From positions 12,881,801 through 12,945,800 of the forward strand of contig OZ037767.1 in NCBI GenBank assembly GCA_964035545.1: a stretch of 64,000 bases of DNA, written 5' to 3'. Every line of letters begins with the position of its first letter. Position 1 is the first letter of the stretch. The position numbers were made by a program, and so were the translations under genes. Below, piece after piece: positions 61,112 through 64,000 of the stretch. The notes under the pieces were generated by a model. That model worked only from the letters and a program-made list of their open reading frames with translations, was not told the DNA's origin and ran no database searches. The stretch is from Bugula neritina (taxonomy: Eukaryota > Animalia > Bryozoa).

Positions 61112-64000
61112 AAAGCTTGTCCACGTAATCGTGGACGTTGCTCTCTGGAGCCGGAACATGGTAAGTTACGTGCTCAGAAACCTATGTTTCTTTCCCCAGC
61201 ATGAGAAAGTTAGGGGTCTCCAGTGTACTGGAGTGAAGGGTACTACGATAGGATTGCATTATTTGCGGCAGTACCAAGTCCCACTCTTCCTGGCTCTTAC
61301 CGATAAGCAGGCTTCTCAGTGAGTCCCTTAGCATTTGGTTGTTCCGCTCCACAACCCCATTCCCTTGCGGGTGGTACGGGGTTGTCCGACTCTGGTTAAC
61401 TCCCCATGTCTTATAGAGATTGCTCATAAGTTGCGACTAAAACTGGGCACCTTGGATAGAGTGTATTTGTTCTGGCAAGCCGAGATAACAAGACACCTGC
61501 TGATCCAAATCTCTGGCCACCGTGGAGGCCGACACATCTGGAATAGTCAGCGCATCAGCCTACTGCGTGAAATGGTCAGTTAACATCAGTATCCAGTTAT
61601 TACCTCTCAATGTCATGGGCATGGGGCCTACTAGATCTCCAGCAACTACCTGCCACGGATCACCGGCATAGAGGCGGCGCCTCCCTGCAGTCTCAGTGGA
61701 GCAGCCATGCTTGCCAGCTTGGCAGATCTCACACTTTCGCACCCGGAGTCGGACATCCCTAGTCATACCATGCCAATACTACTAGAGTTGAAGACACCGA
61801 GTCACCCACCTGGCTCCTGCATGAGCCTGCTTATGGGTGTCCCAGATCAACTCCCGCCGCAGAGCAAACGGACAGACTACCCTCTCTCTCGTTCTCGGTG
61901 ATTTGCACCGGTTGCCAACATTATCGTTAACAACCCGTCACTGTAAAACTGGAGGGAGTCCCAGCGGTTACAGAAAAACTTGAACTCTGCACACTTAACC
62001 TGCTGTTTGGCCTTACTAGGTCGCCGCCCCTCCTTCTTAGCCCGGACTAGGTCAGCTACTACCACAGGTAGTATAGCTTGGAGCCGACACAGCTCTTTGA
62101 CGTTCCAGAGCAGCGTGGAGTTTGCATGAAGGTTGTTGACAGCTTTATTAGGGGGTTCGAACCGGAGTTGTCCTTCCTCCCAGCTGTATATACCTGCTTT
62201 TCCCACCTGTTCTTTCACGTCTGAGCAAGGGGGTCCATCATTCCTGTGCTTGATATTTAGGCATTGCTTACATCAACCTGCTTGGCATGAGGCTTAATCC
62301 GTTAGCATTACCATGTTTCTTACCGGGTCGGTGTTCAATTTGGTACAAAAACTCTGCCAGGATTTCAAGCCAGCGTGCCACACGGCTAGATGGTTCAGCC
62401 TGTCGACACAGTCATATCAAAGACGCATGGTCCGTTTGTAATCTGAACGTACACTCATACAGATACTGTCTAAAGTGTTTTACTGTCTTGACTACTGCCA
62501 GAAGCTCTCTCCTGGCCGTGCCGTAGTTCTTTTCAGGCGCCGACAGAGCTTTACTATGGTAAACTACCACCACCTCGCAACCATCTTGGACCTGAGACAA
62601 CACAGCCCCTACATTGTGGTTACTGGCATCAGTATCCAAAATGTAATCCCTCGTCGAATCAGGATACGCCAAGATGGGCGCCTCCACTAAGCGATCCTTG
62701 AGGTGGTCAAATGCCTGCTGTTCTGCATACGTTTACTGCCATCGCACCCCCTTTGCTGTCAGCCGGTTTAGTGGCTGCGCAGTTCTTGCAAAGTGCGGTA
62801 TGTACTGATGATAGTACTCTACCAGCCTCAGGAATGCCCGCAATTCAGAGAGATCAACAGGGACGGCGCAGTCCCTCACAGCCCGTACCTTCTCGAGGTC
62901 GGTGGCGACCCGGTCTTGACCGACTACATGGCTTAGGTACTTGACCTCTTGTTGCAGTAATGCACACTTAGAGGGATTGAGCTTTAGACAAGCAGCTTGG
63001 AGTCTGTCAAACACCTCTCTGAGCCGACTGACGTGAGTGTCGAAGTCGGGGGAGATGACAATGACATCATCGAGATAGATGAGCAAGGTCTTCTAGTGGA
63101 ACCTACTCAGGATCTGCTCCATGAGTTACTGGAAGGTGGCCGGCGCAGACGTAAGTAAGAACGGCGGCACCTTCCACTTCCAGAGCCCGTCCCGCGTAAT
63201 AAACGCAGCCTTGTCCTGTGCATCAGGTGTCAGGAGCACCTGCCAATACCCGTTTAGCAAGTCCAGCGTACTGAAGAACTTGATACCAGCTAAGGCATCT
63301 AGCGACTTGTCGATCCTAGGAAGAGGATAAGCGTCCTGGATAGTCACGCTGTTCAGTTTGCGATAATCCACGTAAAACCTCCAGCTTCCATCTTTTTTCT
63401 GAACCAGGACAACTGGAGAGCTCCAAGCACCATGGGCTGGTTCAATCAGGTCTCGGTTCAGAAAGTCTTGCACCTGTCGGCTCACTTCCTTTTTCTTTTC
63501 AGGACCTAACCGGCGGGTTGGCTGCCTGATAGGCACCGTCCCAGCTGCCAGGGGTATCTCATGACAGACAGCCTTAGCCAGGCCTATGTCATGGTCGCCG
63601 CAACTGAACACGTCCTTGTACTCAGAGAGTAGCCGCCCCATGACTAGCCGTTCTCGCTTGCCCTCACAGCCATCACAGGCTTCCCTGTACAAATCTACCA
63701 ATCGTTCAGGCACCGACCCCCTGTCGTGCTTAGTGGGTACTCCCCGAGCCTCCTCCGCCGTCTCCAGGGCGGGCCCGACATCCTCCTCTTCTATGGGGTG
63801 GAACTTCCCCACTAGTGATCTAGCCGGCAATTCTACCGGCTCCGTGAAAATATTCACACTGGACCAAGAACTCCCCCGCTCATCCAGCCTATTCAGACTG
63901 TTAGCGAGCTGGACACCCCCCAGTGCACCTTTCACCACTCCTAAGTCGGAGATTTCCTTACAGTTCACTCTGCAGCGAACTGTAGCCCGAGAGCGCTCAG
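61112..64000 (-). mobile_element. Degenerate Gypsy pol (RT-RNase H-integrase), Gypsy-A lineage, truncated in integrase (Gypsy-A3)
   Basis: ORF fragments WRFYVDYRKLN, LIYLDD, DTDASN, TTPYHPQGNGVVER; colinear with Gypsy-A2; continues beyond the window. Confidence 0.93.

Overview
AT-rich animal (invertebrate, probably lophotrochozoan; inferred) genomic DNA with spliceosomal introns. From left to right: (1) the 3' end of a Penelope-like retroelement with a hammerhead ribozyme, apparently inside an intron of a minus-strand C19orf47/DUF5577 SAM-domain gene whose splice sites are flanked by two minisatellites; (2) a (TA)n-anchored repeat family with a nested solo LTR, a full-length degenerate Gypsy element and a CACAG-ended MITE; (3) a three-member cluster of an unusual gene family: a pseudogenised 3' remnant (18.9-20.1 kb), an apparently intact 22-exon gene (21789-39690, +, about 1788 aa by manual splicing) and a convergent paralog (-, 41039 to >57698, 5' part outside the window). 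The intact gene encodes signal peptide, Cys-free prodomain, reprolysin (M12B, ADAMTS-like) zinc protease, ADAMTS-type Cys-rich domain, two PLAC-like modules, a ~660-aa (PTTTTT)n mucin stalk, a polybasic furin-type site, two SEA-EGF-EGF cassettes, a TM helix and a short tail, i.e. a metalloprotease on a transmembrane-mucin stalk. Introns of the paralog carry four more Gypsy elements and several MITEs. All gene models are manual GT-AG/phase reconstructions, not transcript-verified.
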